From NCBI GenBank assembly GCA_963752285.1, contig CAVVXN010000005.1, positions 800,001 through 864,000 on the forward strand: DNA of 64,000 nt, given 5' to 3'. The notes beneath the pieces are model-generated. The model was not told the DNA's origin. It saw only the letters and a program-made list of their open reading frames with translations, and did not search any database. A program made the position numbers and the translations under genes. Shown here piece after piece: positions 19,417 through 28,762 of this stretch; positions within the stretch are counted from its first letter, which is position 1; each line of letters begins with the position of its first letter. The DNA comes from an uncultured Planctomycetota bacterium (GTDB lineage Bacteria; Planctomycetota; PLA2; JAEUHO01).

Positions 19417-20535
19417 ATGCCGGATGCCGTGCCGGAGACCGCCGCGCCGATCCACGCGCGGTCCGCGTCTCGGTGGCTACGCGACCTGATCGACTGCGCG
19501 CGCGGAAAGCGCCGCGCGATCGTGCACCTGCAGCACAATCCCGACCCGGACGCGCTCGCGAGCGGCGTCGCCGTGCAGTTCCTGTTCAAGCGGCTCCTCG
19601 ACATCGAGACGGTGCTCACGCACACGGGCCAGGTCGGCCGCGCTGAGAACCGCGCGATGCTCCGCTGGCTGGAGATCCGCATCATCCCGGCGTTCAAGAT
19701 CGACTACTCCGAATACGACCTCCTCGTCGTGGTGGACACGCACCCCGGCTCCGGGACCTGCCGCCTTCCCGAGGGTGTCGTGCCCGACGTCGTGGTGGAC
19801 CACCACCCGACGGCGCAGGTGCCCGACGGCGTGCGCGTGCCGTTCATCGACCCGTCGTTCGGCGCGACGTCCACGATGATCGGTTGGTTGCTCGTCGAGA
19901 ACGGCATCCGGCCGGACGCCCGGGTGGCCACGGCGCTCGCGTACGGCATCAAGACCGACACGTTGGACCTCGCGCGGTCCATCGGGCCGCACGACGAGGT
20001 CGTGTACCGCGAGATCTACGCCCTCGCGGACAAGCGCGTCCTCGGTCGGATCCAGCGGGCGCGCCTCTCGCAGGAGTACTTCCAGGTCCTGGAGCGCGGT
20101 CTCCGCCGCGCACGCGTGACCGACTTCGCCGTGACGACGTACCTCGGGCAGGTGGACCACCCGGACGCCGTGGCGGAGATCGCCGACATCCTGTTCCGGC
20201 TCGAGAGCATGAAGTGGGCCATGGTGGCCGGCATGAACGGGCCGATGCTCTACCTCTCGCTCCGCGCGGTCCAGGCGGAGGGCGTGAACGCCGGCCGGAT
20301 CGCGGAGCAGGTCAGCCAGGGCTTTGGTGGGGGGCACGAGACGTTCGCCGGCGCCCAGATCCCCCTCCCGACCGACGGGACGACCCCGGAGGCGTTCTTC
20401 GAGGTCGTCTGGGAGCGGTTCCTCCAGGCCATCCGTGCCAAGAAGAGCCTGACGCGGCCGCTGACGATCCCCCCGACGTCCCGCACCTCGGAGGACCGTC
20501 GCCACGAGCGGTCCCGGGACGACGACGAGGGGTAG
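19417..20535 (+). CDS. DHH/DHHA1 family phosphoesterase (NrnA-like)
   Basis: HNPDPDALAS, VVVDT, VDHH, GIKTDT, GGGHETFAGA. Confidence 0.9.
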   Translation: MPDAVPETAAPIHARSASRWLRDLIDCARGKRRAIVHLQHNPDPDALASGVAVQFLFKRLLDIETVLTHTGQVGRAENRAMLRWLEIRIIPAFKIDYSEYDLLVVVDTHPGSGTCRLPEGVVPDVVVDHHPTAQVPDGVRVPFIDPSFGATSTMIGWLLVENGIRPDARVATALAYGIKTDTLDLARSIGPHDEVVYREIYALADKRVLGRIQRARLSQEYFQVLERGLRRARVTDFAVTTYLGQVDHPDAVAEIADILFRLESMKWAMVAGMNGPMLYLSLRAVQAEGVNAGRIAEQVSQGFGGGHETFAGAQIPLPTDGTTPEAFFEVVWERFLQAIRAKKSLTRPLTIPPTSRTSEDRRHERSRDDDEG

Positions 20536-20632
20536 CGACGTGAGCGCCCGAAGACGGGGGTCCCCGGCGGGCGCGAGGCCGGCCCCGCGCGGGTTCGGTA
20601 CCCTGGCTTCCCCGACGGAAGGAACGCAATCG

Positions 20633-22267
20633 ATGGCTTCGAGACGGCCCCGGATCGCGCGGGCGGCGCCGCACCTCCTCGTGCTCGGGCTCCTGCTCCT
20701 CGGCACCCGCGCGCCGGCGGCCGCCGGCGCCGAGAACGGCGGACCGGCGCCCCGCGCCTACGAGGAGGTCGAGAAGGACTTCCTGAAACAGGTGGAGGCC
20801 GAGGACCCGGAGACGCGCGCGCGCGCGTTCGACCTTCTCCAGGGCCAGAGCGACCCACGCGCGGTCGTGCTGGTCCTGCGCGGAACGCGCTCCGTGCACG
20901 CACGCGAGGACCGGATCAAGGACGAGCAGGCGAAGATCGAGAAGTCCTACGAGACCGAGCTCGACCACAAGCTCCGGGCCGACCGTTGGTTCGAGAACTC
21001 GCAGCGGTCCCAGAAGGACCTCGACCGCTACAACGCGGGCGTCAAGAAGATCACCAAGAAGCTGGACGAGCTGCTCCTGAAGCGGAAGAGCCTCGAGAAC
21101 GACTACGCGCGCTGCCGCGCGATGCTCGACGCCGCCAGCCGCGAGATGGGGGAGCTCCTCGGCCGCATACCGGACGAGGCCCTCCCGGGGTCGCTCGACC
21201 AGGTGGGTCTGGCGTGGCTCCAGGGGAAGAGCGAGGAGGACCGTCTCCGCTGGGTCGAGTCCCTCGCGGTGGTGAAGCGCCCCACCGTCGCGGAGCGGAT
21301 CCGCACCGTCCTGAACGACGAAACGGCGGACCTCAAGGTCCGGGCGCTCGCGCTGGAGGCGCTGGCCGGACGGAACGACCCCGAGGTCCTTTTGTTCGCC
21401 GCGAAGACCCTCGCCGCCACCGACGCCCCGTGGGACCTGATGACGGCGTCGATCGCGGCGCTGGCGCGTCTCCACGTCCGCGGGGCCATCGAGCCGCTCA
21501 TCGCCTTCCTCGGCCGCGAGGACATCGCGCGTCTCAGGACCGACGCGCGCGACGCGCTCGTCTCGCTGACGGGCCAGACCCACGGTCCGTACCGCGATCC
21601 GTGGGCGCGCTGGTGGGAGGACGCGAAAGGCTCCTTCGTGATGCCCGCAGAGCCGCAGAAGGACCCGAACGCGGACCAGCCGAAGAAGGGCGTCACGTTC
21701 TTCGGGATCCACACCTTCAGCGACCGGATCCTCTACATCCTCGACGTCTCCGGCTCGATGGACCAGGCGCCCACGCGGAAGAACGAGCGGGGCGAGTCCG
21801 TGCCGACGGGCGACCCGCCGAAGATCGAGCTCGCGCGCAAGGAGCTCGCGGGCGCGATCAACCTGATGAACCCGACCGACCACTTCAACGTGATCCTGTT
21901 CGATCACCAGGTCGTCGTCTGGCAGACGAAGATGGTGGACGCGAGCGACGCGAACAAGCGGCGGGCGATCGCGTGGGCCCAGGACCAGCCGCCGGTGGGC
22001 GGCACGAACATCTACGACGCGCTCGAGGCGGGGTTCCGCATCGCGCTGGCCGCGACGAACGACCGCACCGTGGACACGATCTACTTCCTGACGGACGGGA
22101 AGCCGACCGCCGGCAAGGTGGAGGACCCCGACCGGATCCTGTCGGACGTCGCCGACTGGGAGAAGTCGGCGAACGTGACGATCCACACGGTCGGCCTGGG
22201 CGACTGTGATGAGGCGTTTCTTCGGCGCTTGGCCCAAATGACCCACGGAACCTTCGTTTCCAGGTAG
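20633..22267 (+). CDS. Secreted HEAT-repeat plus VWA domain protein
   Basis: Signal peptide, coiled-coil/HEAT region, MIDAS DVSGSM, GGTNIYDAL, FLTDGKPT, IHTVGLG. Confidence 0.85.
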   Translation: MASRRPRIARAAPHLLVLGLLLLGTRAPAAAGAENGGPAPRAYEEVEKDFLKQVEAEDPETRARAFDLLQGQSDPRAVVLVLRGTRSVHAREDRIKDEQAKIEKSYETELDHKLRADRWFENSQRSQKDLDRYNAGVKKITKKLDELLLKRKSLENDYARCRAMLDAASREMGELLGRIPDEALPGSLDQVGLAWLQGKSEEDRLRWVESLAVVKRPTVAERIRTVLNDETADLKVRALALEALAGRNDPEVLLFAAKTLAATDAPWDLMTASIAALARLHVRGAIEPLIAFLGREDIARLRTDARDALVSLTGQTHGPYRDPWARWWEDAKGSFVMPAEPQKDPNADQPKKGVTFFGIHTFSDRILYILDVSGSMDQAPTRKNERGESVPTGDPPKIELARKELAGAINLMNPTDHFNVILFDHQVVVWQTKMVDASDANKRRAIAWAQDQPPVGGTNIYDALEAGFRIALAATNDRTVDTIYFLTDGKPTAGKVEDPDRILSDVADWEKSANVTIHTVGLGDCDEAFLRRLAQMTHGTFVSR

Positions 22268-22369
22268 CCGGCGGGCTGAGAGGCCAGTTCGCGGCCCTTC
22301 CTCCTCCTTGCGTGCATTCGCACGCGGCGTCGTCGTCATGGCCACTCCTTTGGCCTCTCAGCCCGCCGG
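22268..22369. repeat. 19-bp perfect inverted repeat enclosing 64 bp
   Basis: CCGGCGGGCTGAGAGGCCA (22268-22286) and TGGCCTCTCAGCCCGCCGG (22351-22369); internal hairpin GCGTGC-ATTC-GCACGC. Confidence 0.9.
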
Positions 22370-22430
22370 TCGGGTCTGGGCGTTCGGGCGTGCGGGGCTC
22401 GCGGCGCCGCCTCCGGCGCCCCCCTCGGTG

Positions 22431-22897
22431 TCGCGGGGCGTGGCGTGGGCTCGCGGGGCGCCGCCTTGGGCGGCGCCGCATCGCGGGGCGTGGCGTGGGC
22501 TCGCGGGGCCGCCTTCGGCGGCGCCGCATCGCGGGGCGTGGCGTGCGCTTGCGGGGCCGCCTTTGGCGGCGCCGCATCGCGGGGCGTGGCGTGCGCTTGC
22601 GGGGCCGCCTTTGGCGGCGCCGCATCGCGGGGCGTGGCGTGCGCTTGCGGGGCCGCCTTTGGCGGCGCCGCATCGCGGGGCGTGGCGTGGGCTCGCGGGG
22701 CCGCCTTTGGCGGCGCCGCATCGCGGGGCGTGGCGTGGGCTCGCGGGGCCGCCTTGGGCGGCGCCGCATCGCGGGGCGTGGCGTGGCGTGGCTCGCGGGG
22801 CCGCCTTGGGCGGCGCCGCATCGCGGGGCGTGGCCTGGGCTTGCGGGGCCGCCTTCGGCGGCGCCGCATCGCGGGGGGTGGCGGGGGCTTGCGGGGC
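22431..22897. repeat. Tandem array of a 48-bp unit (9 full copies plus a partial)
   Basis: Unit TCGCGGGGCGTGGCGTG(G/C)GCT(C/T)GCGGGGCCGCCTT(C/T/G)GGCGGCGCCGCA starting at 22431, 22481, 22529, 22577, 22625, 22673, 22721, 22769, 22821 and 22869 (partial); two copies are 50 and 52 bp. Confidence 0.95.
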
Positions 22898-22906
22898 CTG
22901 GTTGGA

Positions 22907-22934
22907 ACGTCTGATAAGGTCCGTTATGTTGTTT
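22907..22934. other. Putative dif (XerC/XerD) recombination site
   Basis: ACGTCTGATAA-GGTCCG-TTATGTTGTTT: 11-6-11 layout with the ATAA-N6-TTATGTT core of dif sites; AT-rich island in GC-rich DNA. Confidence 0.55.
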
Positions 22935-22988
22935 TGTGTGGATGGGGGCCCGGAGGGGCGGGCTGTTGCGGGCGCCTCCGGCTCGGGG

Positions 22989-23774
22989 TCAGGCGTGCGG
23001 TGCCTGCGTGCAGCGTCCGAGGATCCAGGCTCCGATCCCCGCCGCCGCGACGAGCGCCACGAGGCCCAGCGCCGCGATCCACACCGCCGTCGCGCGGGCC
23101 GACGCGGCCTCTCTGTCGAGCCGCCTCTCGTCCGTCCGCTCCTCGTCGGTCAGGAGCGCGGGGTCGTCTCCGTGGAGCGCGCGACGCACGCTCGTCTCGA
23201 GGAAGGTCCGGCGGTACTCGGGGAACCAGTCGCGCCAGGCGTCCCGCACCGGACCGGTCACGAGCGGCGAGCCCTCCGGGAGCCCCTGACGGCCGGAGGT
23301 CTCGCGGTGCTGTCGGTCGAGCACGAGGGCCGTGAGCTCGGGCCAGGGATCCGTGCCCTCGGCCGGGACCGGGAACGGCTCCACCCCCCCACCGAGGAGC
23401 CAGCGGTAGGGGCCCTCCAAGCCCGGCGACGCGAGGGGCGCCAGCCGCCGCACGAGGGCGAGGGTCTCGGTCGCGCTCGTCGGCCGCCACCAGAGGTCGC
23501 GGAGCGCGAGCGGCCACAGCCGGTCGGCCAGGAGGGCGCCCGCCTCGCGAACCCCGGGCGAGGACCCGAAGAGCGCGTCCCGTCGGGCTGCCAGGTCCCG
23601 GACCGAGTCCCCGAGACTCGGCTCCAGGAGGTCCGGACGGCCCAGGACGAACACGCGTTCGGCGTCCTGGCGCGCGGTCCCGGACAGGGCCGCGAGGTCC
23701 GGATCCCCCCGCGCGGGCGCGGAGGGGAACGCGAAGACGAGGGCGGTTGCGAGGGCGAACCCGAATCGCCTCAC
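22989..23774 (-). CDS. Hypothetical protein with signal peptide and C-terminal TM anchor
   Basis: VRRFGFALATALVFAFPSAPARG signal; hydrophobic C-terminus; GTGA overlap with the upstream gene. Confidence 0.65.
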   Translation of the reverse strand: MRRFGFALATALVFAFPSAPARGDPDLAALSGTARQDAERVFVLGRPDLLEPSLGDSVRDLAARRDALFGSSPGVREAGALLADRLWPLALRDLWWRPTSATETLALVRRLAPLASPGLEGPYRWLLGGGVEPFPVPAEGTDPWPELTALVLDRQHRETSGRQGLPEGSPLVTGPVRDAWRDWFPEYRRTFLETSVRRALHGDDPALLTDEERTDERRLDREAASARATAVWIAALGLVALVAAAGIGAWILGRCTQAPHA

Positions 23775-25414
23775 GGGAGCGGACCCTCGTCGCCCAGTCG
23801 GTCGGCGTCGCTCTTGTCGTCGGTCATGACGTGCCCGCCGTCCCGGTCGGGGTCGTGTCGGACGAGGAGGCGCTCGAGCGCCAGCGCGGGCGTCCGGAGC
23901 GGCGCGGGCAGCGGAACGTCGCCCCGGACCCGGGGCGCGCCCGAACCGTCGTGCGCGCACCAGAGGGCGAGACTCCCCGGGTAGAGCGGGTCGGGCGAGA
24001 TCCAGACGTCGCCGAGGCCCTTGGCCGCGGCCATCGTGGTCGCCATGGACCGCGCGAGCCGACCGTCGAGGCCCCCCTCGGCGTGGAGGTTCAGGCCGAT
24101 CCACCCGTGCGGGGCCAGGTGCCGCGCCATGGCCGAGAACGCCTCCACGGACGCGAGCTGGAAGGGCACGTACGCGGTGCGCGCGTACGCGTCCACGAGC
24201 ACCAGGTCGAACACCTCGTCGTCCGGGAGCGCGTTCAGCACCGTGCGACCGTCCACGTCCACGTAGAGACGGAGGTGCTCGCTCTCGAGGTCGCCGAGCG
24301 CGAGGTATCGACGCGCCGCCTGGACGACCCCGGGGTCGATCTCCACGCCGAGAACGTCGAGCGTCGTCCCGGGCGGCTTGGACGCCTCGAGCACGCGGTG
24401 CACGGATCCGCCCGCGTAACCGATGACGAGCACGCGCAGGTGGTCCTTCGGCTGCCCCGCGAACCAGGCGCCGAGGGCGAGGTGGTCGTAGTACCGACCG
24501 CCGGTCAGGTAGCGCTGCGTCTCGCTCGGCGGCCAGAGCACGACGCTCTGGTACGCTTCGACGTCCTCATCGTGGCGGAGGAAGCGCGTCGGCACCTGGC
24601 GAAGCTCGCCGTAGTACGGCCAGTCGCCCTCCACGAGGAGCGGCCCGTCGGCCTCCACCACGCGGATCGTCTGGTACGCCGTCTCGACCTCGACGAGCTG
24701 CCCCGCGTCGTGGCGGAGGAGCGGACGCTCGAAGACCGCGAGCGAGAGCGCCGCCGCGAGAACGACCGCGGCGACCGCCGCGCCCGCCTTCGTCCTCGCA
24801 CCCCCGAAGAGAAGGCCCAGTACGCCCAACGCCGCCAGGGCCGCCGCGCAGGAGAGGATCGTCGCCCGGCTCCCGATCGCCTGGAGCAGCCAGAGCGGCG
24901 CCAGGTAGCAGCCGGCGAGGCTCCCTAGGGTCCCGATCGCGAACACGCGGCCCGCCGTCCGGCCCGTGAAGCCCGGACGGTCGTCCAGACGTACGAGGAA
25001 CGGGCTCGTCATGCCGAGCACGAGGACCGGCGGCGCGAAGAGGACCACGGTCGCGGCGAGGCTCCCCGTGAAGGCGAGCGGCAGGAGACGGGCGTTTCCG
25101 ACCTCGGTCGGCACGAGCGCGGCGCAGAGGTCGCGGCCGACGACCGCGACGAGCACCGCCCACAGAGCCGCGAGCACGTACGCGAGGTAGAGGGGCCGGG
25201 CGGTCCGGCTGCGGTCCGCGACGCGGCCGCCGAGCGCGTATCCCAGCGCCAGCGCCAGCAGGATCATCCCGACCACGTTCGACCAGACGTAGTTCGACTG
25301 GCCGAACGAGGGCGCCATGAACCGGACCGCGCCGAACTCGAGGACGGTGACCACGAGTCCCGCCACCCCGGCGACGGCGAGATGTGCCGCGCGCTGGGTG
25401 CTCGGCCGGGTCAT
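23771..25414 (-). CDS. Fused MFS-like membrane domain / spermidine synthase-like protein
   Basis: LEFGAVRFMAPSFGQS TM domain; VIGYAGGS, GVEIDP, DGR and FDLVLVDAY SAM-binding motifs. Confidence 0.88.
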   Translation of the reverse strand: MTRPSTQRAAHLAVAGVAGLVVTVLEFGAVRFMAPSFGQSNYVWSNVVGMILLALALGYALGGRVADRSRTARPLYLAYVLAALWAVLVAVVGRDLCAALVPTEVGNARLLPLAFTGSLAATVVLFAPPVLVLGMTSPFLVRLDDRPGFTGRTAGRVFAIGTLGSLAGCYLAPLWLLQAIGSRATILSCAAALAALGVLGLLFGGARTKAGAAVAAVVLAAALSLAVFERPLLRHDAGQLVEVETAYQTIRVVEADGPLLVEGDWPYYGELRQVPTRFLRHDEDVEAYQSVVLWPPSETQRYLTGGRYYDHLALGAWFAGQPKDHLRVLVIGYAGGSVHRVLEASKPPGTTLDVLGVEIDPGVVQAARRYLALGDLESEHLRLYVDVDGRTVLNALPDDEVFDLVLVDAYARTAYVPFQLASVEAFSAMARHLAPHGWIGLNLHAEGGLDGRLARSMATTMAAAKGLGDVWISPDPLYPGSLALWCAHDGSGAPRVRGDVPLPAPLRTPALALERLLVRHDPDRDGGHVMTDDKSDADRLGDEGPLP

Positions 25415-25435
25415 GCCCCTCCGCTCGTCTGCGGG

Positions 25436-27022
25436 CTAGTTGGGCTTCGGCGCCTCGGAGCCCGGGTCGGAGCCCTTATCGGATCCCTTCGACGAGGCGA
25501 GCTTCTCCTCGGCCTTCGCACGGAAGGAGGTCTGCCCGATGTTCCGGATGAGCTCCCAGAGCTGCTTCGCCTTGTCCAGGTCGCCCCCGGCCTCGGCCTC
25601 CTCGGCCTTCTGCCACCAGATGCTCGCCTTCTGCTCGTCGGCCGGGGTGCCCTTCACCGCCTCGGCGGGCGCGGTGGCGGGACCGGTCGTCGGCTTCGCG
25701 GCCGCGGGGATGTCCACCGCGCCCACGTACACGGGGTAGAGCCAGCCGAAGTACATGTTCTCTCGAACCTTCGGCTCGCGCTCGAAGAGCCGCATGAACT
25801 CGCGCGGCAGCTTTCCGAGCTTTCGCTCCTCCCCGTTCACGAGCAGCCGCACGTCGCGGTCGAGGTCGAGGATCTCGTCGTTGAGGAAGATCTCGATCTC
25901 CTCGACGCCCTTCGCGTCGATCTTGATCGTGTTGGGGTCCTCCTTCGTGTCGAGGACCGTCACGTCGAGGCTGCGCTCGGACGGCCCCTCGAAGATCGCG
26001 CGTACGACGTTGATCCAGTTGGCGTAGATGTGGTCGCCGGACGCGATGTTCCAGTGGAACGACCGGGGGATCTTCCGCTGGCGCTTCTGTAGCCAGTCCC
26101 ACAGGCCCTTCGCGTCGCCGACGGTCACGTCCGGATGACCCGCCTCGTCGAGGGTCTTCTTGAGGGCGGGGTCCCCCACCACGTAGATCGGCACGCTCGC
26201 GTAGTTGCGCACGAGCGCGGGGTCCGCGGTCCCGCCGCGGAGCACGATGCCGGCCAGGAGGTGCGGGAAGATGGAGGCGAACTGGAGCGCCTCCGTCTTC
26301 CCGTCCACCACGAAGCGGTCGAAGTCCACGTGGTACCGACGCCAGAACTCCCGGAGGATCATCGTCGAGAAGCGGTGCTGGAGCTGCCCGTCCTGCACGA
26401 AGAGGGCGCGCGGGGCGACGGGCGCCAGGGTGAACCACTGGTCGTAGAGGTCCCCGAACGACTCCTTCGGGTAGAGGCGCGTCAGGGCGGCCTCCCCCGG
26501 GTACGGCTCGGCGTCGTTCTTCTTGTCGATCGTGTCCGCCGCGTCGTGGAACACCAGGAGCAGGGGAAGCGGGGGGTCCCGCGGGATCTCGCGCTCGAGC
26601 TTGGTCTCCTTCGGGTAGCCGCGGGGCTCCGTGTACGTGAACCAGTAGCTCTCCGACTTGACGTTGCGGTAGAGCGCCTTCGAGGTCTTGTACTCGGTGA
26701 CGTCGTTGCTCTTCTGCCAGCCCTTGTCCGAGAAGCGCTCCCCGAAGTCCCGGCCCTGGTAGACGATCTGCTTCAGGACGGACGCGTCCTTGAGGGCGTC
26801 CATCCCCTTTTCCTGCAGCTTCTCGAGCTGCGCCTTGAAGTTCTTGCGCGGGGTGTAGACCGTCTCGGCCTCCAGGTCGAAGTAGGACCGGGCGGCGTCG
26901 ATCAGGTCCTTTCGGCTGCGGGCGTCCAGGTCGAGGATGCTGGGCGCGGCGGCCGCGGCCGCTCCGACCGCCAGCACCGCCACGAGCGCGAAGACGGCGG
27001 GTCGAAGTCTGCGTACGGTCAT
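25436..27022 (-). CDS. Secreted protein with a degenerate alpha/beta-hydrolase-like domain
   Basis: Signal peptide; PLLLVFH...YHVDFDRFVVDG...FPHLLAGIV resembles esterase scaffolds; short TPR-like C-terminus. Confidence 0.65.
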   Translation of the reverse strand: MTVRRLRPAVFALVAVLAVGAAAAAAPSILDLDARSRKDLIDAARSYFDLEAETVYTPRKNFKAQLEKLQEKGMDALKDASVLKQIVYQGRDFGERFSDKGWQKSNDVTEYKTSKALYRNVKSESYWFTYTEPRGYPKETKLEREIPRDPPLPLLLVFHDAADTIDKKNDAEPYPGEAALTRLYPKESFGDLYDQWFTLAPVAPRALFVQDGQLQHRFSTMILREFWRRYHVDFDRFVVDGKTEALQFASIFPHLLAGIVLRGGTADPALVRNYASVPIYVVGDPALKKTLDEAGHPDVTVGDAKGLWDWLQKRQRKIPRSFHWNIASGDHIYANWINVVRAIFEGPSERSLDVTVLDTKEDPNTIKIDAKGVEEIEIFLNDEILDLDRDVRLLVNGEERKLGKLPREFMRLFEREPKVRENMYFGWLYPVYVGAVDIPAAAKPTTGPATAPAEAVKGTPADEQKASIWWQKAEEAEAGGDLDKAKQLWELIRNIGQTSFRAKAEEKLASSKGSDKGSDPGSEAPKPN

Positions 27023-27163
27023 CGCGTGCTCCCTGGGCCGAGGGACGGCCATTCTACGAGGCCGCCTCGGCACGGACATGCGGTACCGGGCGGCCCGCGG
27101 CCCCGCCGGATCCGGACGGGTCGCTTGCCGGCCGGCATCCCGTCCCGGAGCGGCCCGCACGCG

Positions 27164-28762
27164 TCATCGCCAGGCCGGATGGTCGTGGGTGCGCCACACC
27201 CGGTCGAGCAGGAACCGATACCGGTCCGCGCCGGAGCCCACCGCGCGGGTGGACCGGAGCGCCTCCGAGAGCCACCGGGTGGCGCCCGCGTCGTCGCCGG
27301 CGAGCCAGCACAGCCGGGCCGCGTTCTGGCGCGGCGAGTCGAACGCGGGGTCGTACTCGGCCGACGCCGTGAACGCCGCCAGGGCGTCGTCGCGCCGACC
27401 GAGGGCCGCCAGGGTCAGACCCCGGTCGCTCACGATCGCGGGGTCGTCGGGCTCGAGCTCGACGGCGCGGTCGTAGACGGAGAGCGCATCGTCGAGCCGG
27501 CCCGCGATGCGCAGCGTGTTGCCGTAGTTCGACCAGGCGAGGCCATCGTCCTTCTTCGCCTCGGCGATCGCGCGCTGCGCCTTCAGGCTCCGCGCGAGCG
27601 AGGCCGGCGAGGACCAGGCGGAGGCGTAGTCCCGCCCGGCGAGGTCCCACAGGAGCGAGGTCGCCTCGGGGTCGGCCGGGTCGATCTCGAGCGCGTGGAC
27701 CCAGGCCTCCACGGCCGCGTCCGCCCCCTCGCCGTGCTTGCCCGTGGGAAGGAGGACGCGGCCGAGCTCGATCCACGGCGCCGTGGAGGTCGGATCGTCC
27801 TTCGCGGCCTCGTGGAGAAGGGCGACCGCCTCGTCGGTCCGCGCGACGTCGGCCAGGAGGCGCGCGCGCGCCACCCCGAGCGCCGCCTGCTCCTCCGGCG
27901 TAGCGGCCTCGATCCCCGCGAGCGCCTGGAGCAGGGGACCCTGGGCGCTCGCGTAGCGGGCGCCGCGCACGGCATCCTGCAGCAGCGCCGGGTCGATCCT
28001 CTTCTGATCCGCCAGCAGGCGGCCGTACGCGGCGGCCGTCTCCTTCGGGTCCTTCGCGGCCGCCCAGGCACTGGCCTCGCCGCGGGTGTTCCCCGCCGCC
28101 GCGAACGCGCGCGCGGCGTCGGGGAAGCGACCCAGCGCGTAGAGGGCCTGCGCGCGGATCTCGGCCGCCCGGGTCGTCCGGGGAGCGTCGAGCGCGCCCT
28201 GCGGGATCCCGTCGAGCGACTTCACGGCGGCGTCGCTCTCGCCCCGCCACCAGTGGACCTCGCCCTCGACCAGCCGCCGTCGCCCGAGGAGGGCTCCCTC
28301 GCCCTCGATCTTCGCGGCTTCCGCGGCCGCGTCGAGGAGATAGGGGGTCACCTCGAGGCCGCCGGTCCGTCCGGCGGCCAGATGCGCCCTGGCCACCTCG
28401 AGCAGGGTCTCGGCGAGCCGCGCGTGGTCCTCGGGGTCACCCCGCTCCGACGCGACCCGCTCGTAGTACTGGAGCGCCGCGTACGGCTCCCCGGCGGCCA
28501 CCCAGGCCGCGCCGAGGCGGGTCGAGACCTCGATATCCTTCGCTGGGTCGTCCCCGGCCTTCTCGACCTGCTCGAGCGCCGCCTCGAGCAGCGAGACCGC
28601 CTCGCGCGGCGCCCCCGCGTCGAATCGCGCCTTGGCCTTCTCGAGGAGCGCGGCCGTGTCGTCGCCCTCGCCGCGAACGACCCGCAGGCCCCCCCACGCG
28701 AGGACGAGGAGCAGGGCGGTCGTGAGGACCCGCCGGACCCGCCGGATCACGTCGTCAGCCAT
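27164..28762 (-). CDS. Tetratricopeptide repeat protein
   Basis: N-terminal signal/TM; TPRs (AWSNYGNTLRIAGRLDDALSVYDRAVELEPDD and others). Confidence 0.82.
   Translation of the reverse strand: MADDVIRRVRRVLTTALLLVLAWGGLRVVRGEGDDTAALLEKAKARFDAGAPREAVSLLEAALEQVEKAGDDPAKDIEVSTRLGAAWVAAGEPYAALQYYERVASERGDPEDHARLAETLLEVARAHLAAGRTGGLEVTPYLLDAAAEAAKIEGEGALLGRRRLVEGEVHWWRGESDAAVKSLDGIPQGALDAPRTTRAAEIRAQALYALGRFPDAARAFAAAGNTRGEASAWAAAKDPKETAAAYGRLLADQKRIDPALLQDAVRGARYASAQGPLLQALAGIEAATPEEQAALGVARARLLADVARTDEAVALLHEAAKDDPTSTAPWIELGRVLLPTGKHGEGADAAVEAWVHALEIDPADPEATSLLWDLAGRDYASAWSSPASLARSLKAQRAIAEAKKDDGLAWSNYGNTLRIAGRLDDALSVYDRAVELEPDDPAIVSDRGLTLAALGRRDDALAAFTASAEYDPAFDSPRQNAARLCWLAGDDAGATRWLSEALRSTRAVGSGADRYRFLLDRVWRTHDHPAWR

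Noticed and set aside
22431..22897. 48-bp array as a CRISPR array
   Set aside because: Units are contiguous with no unique spacers, and there are no cas genes in the window
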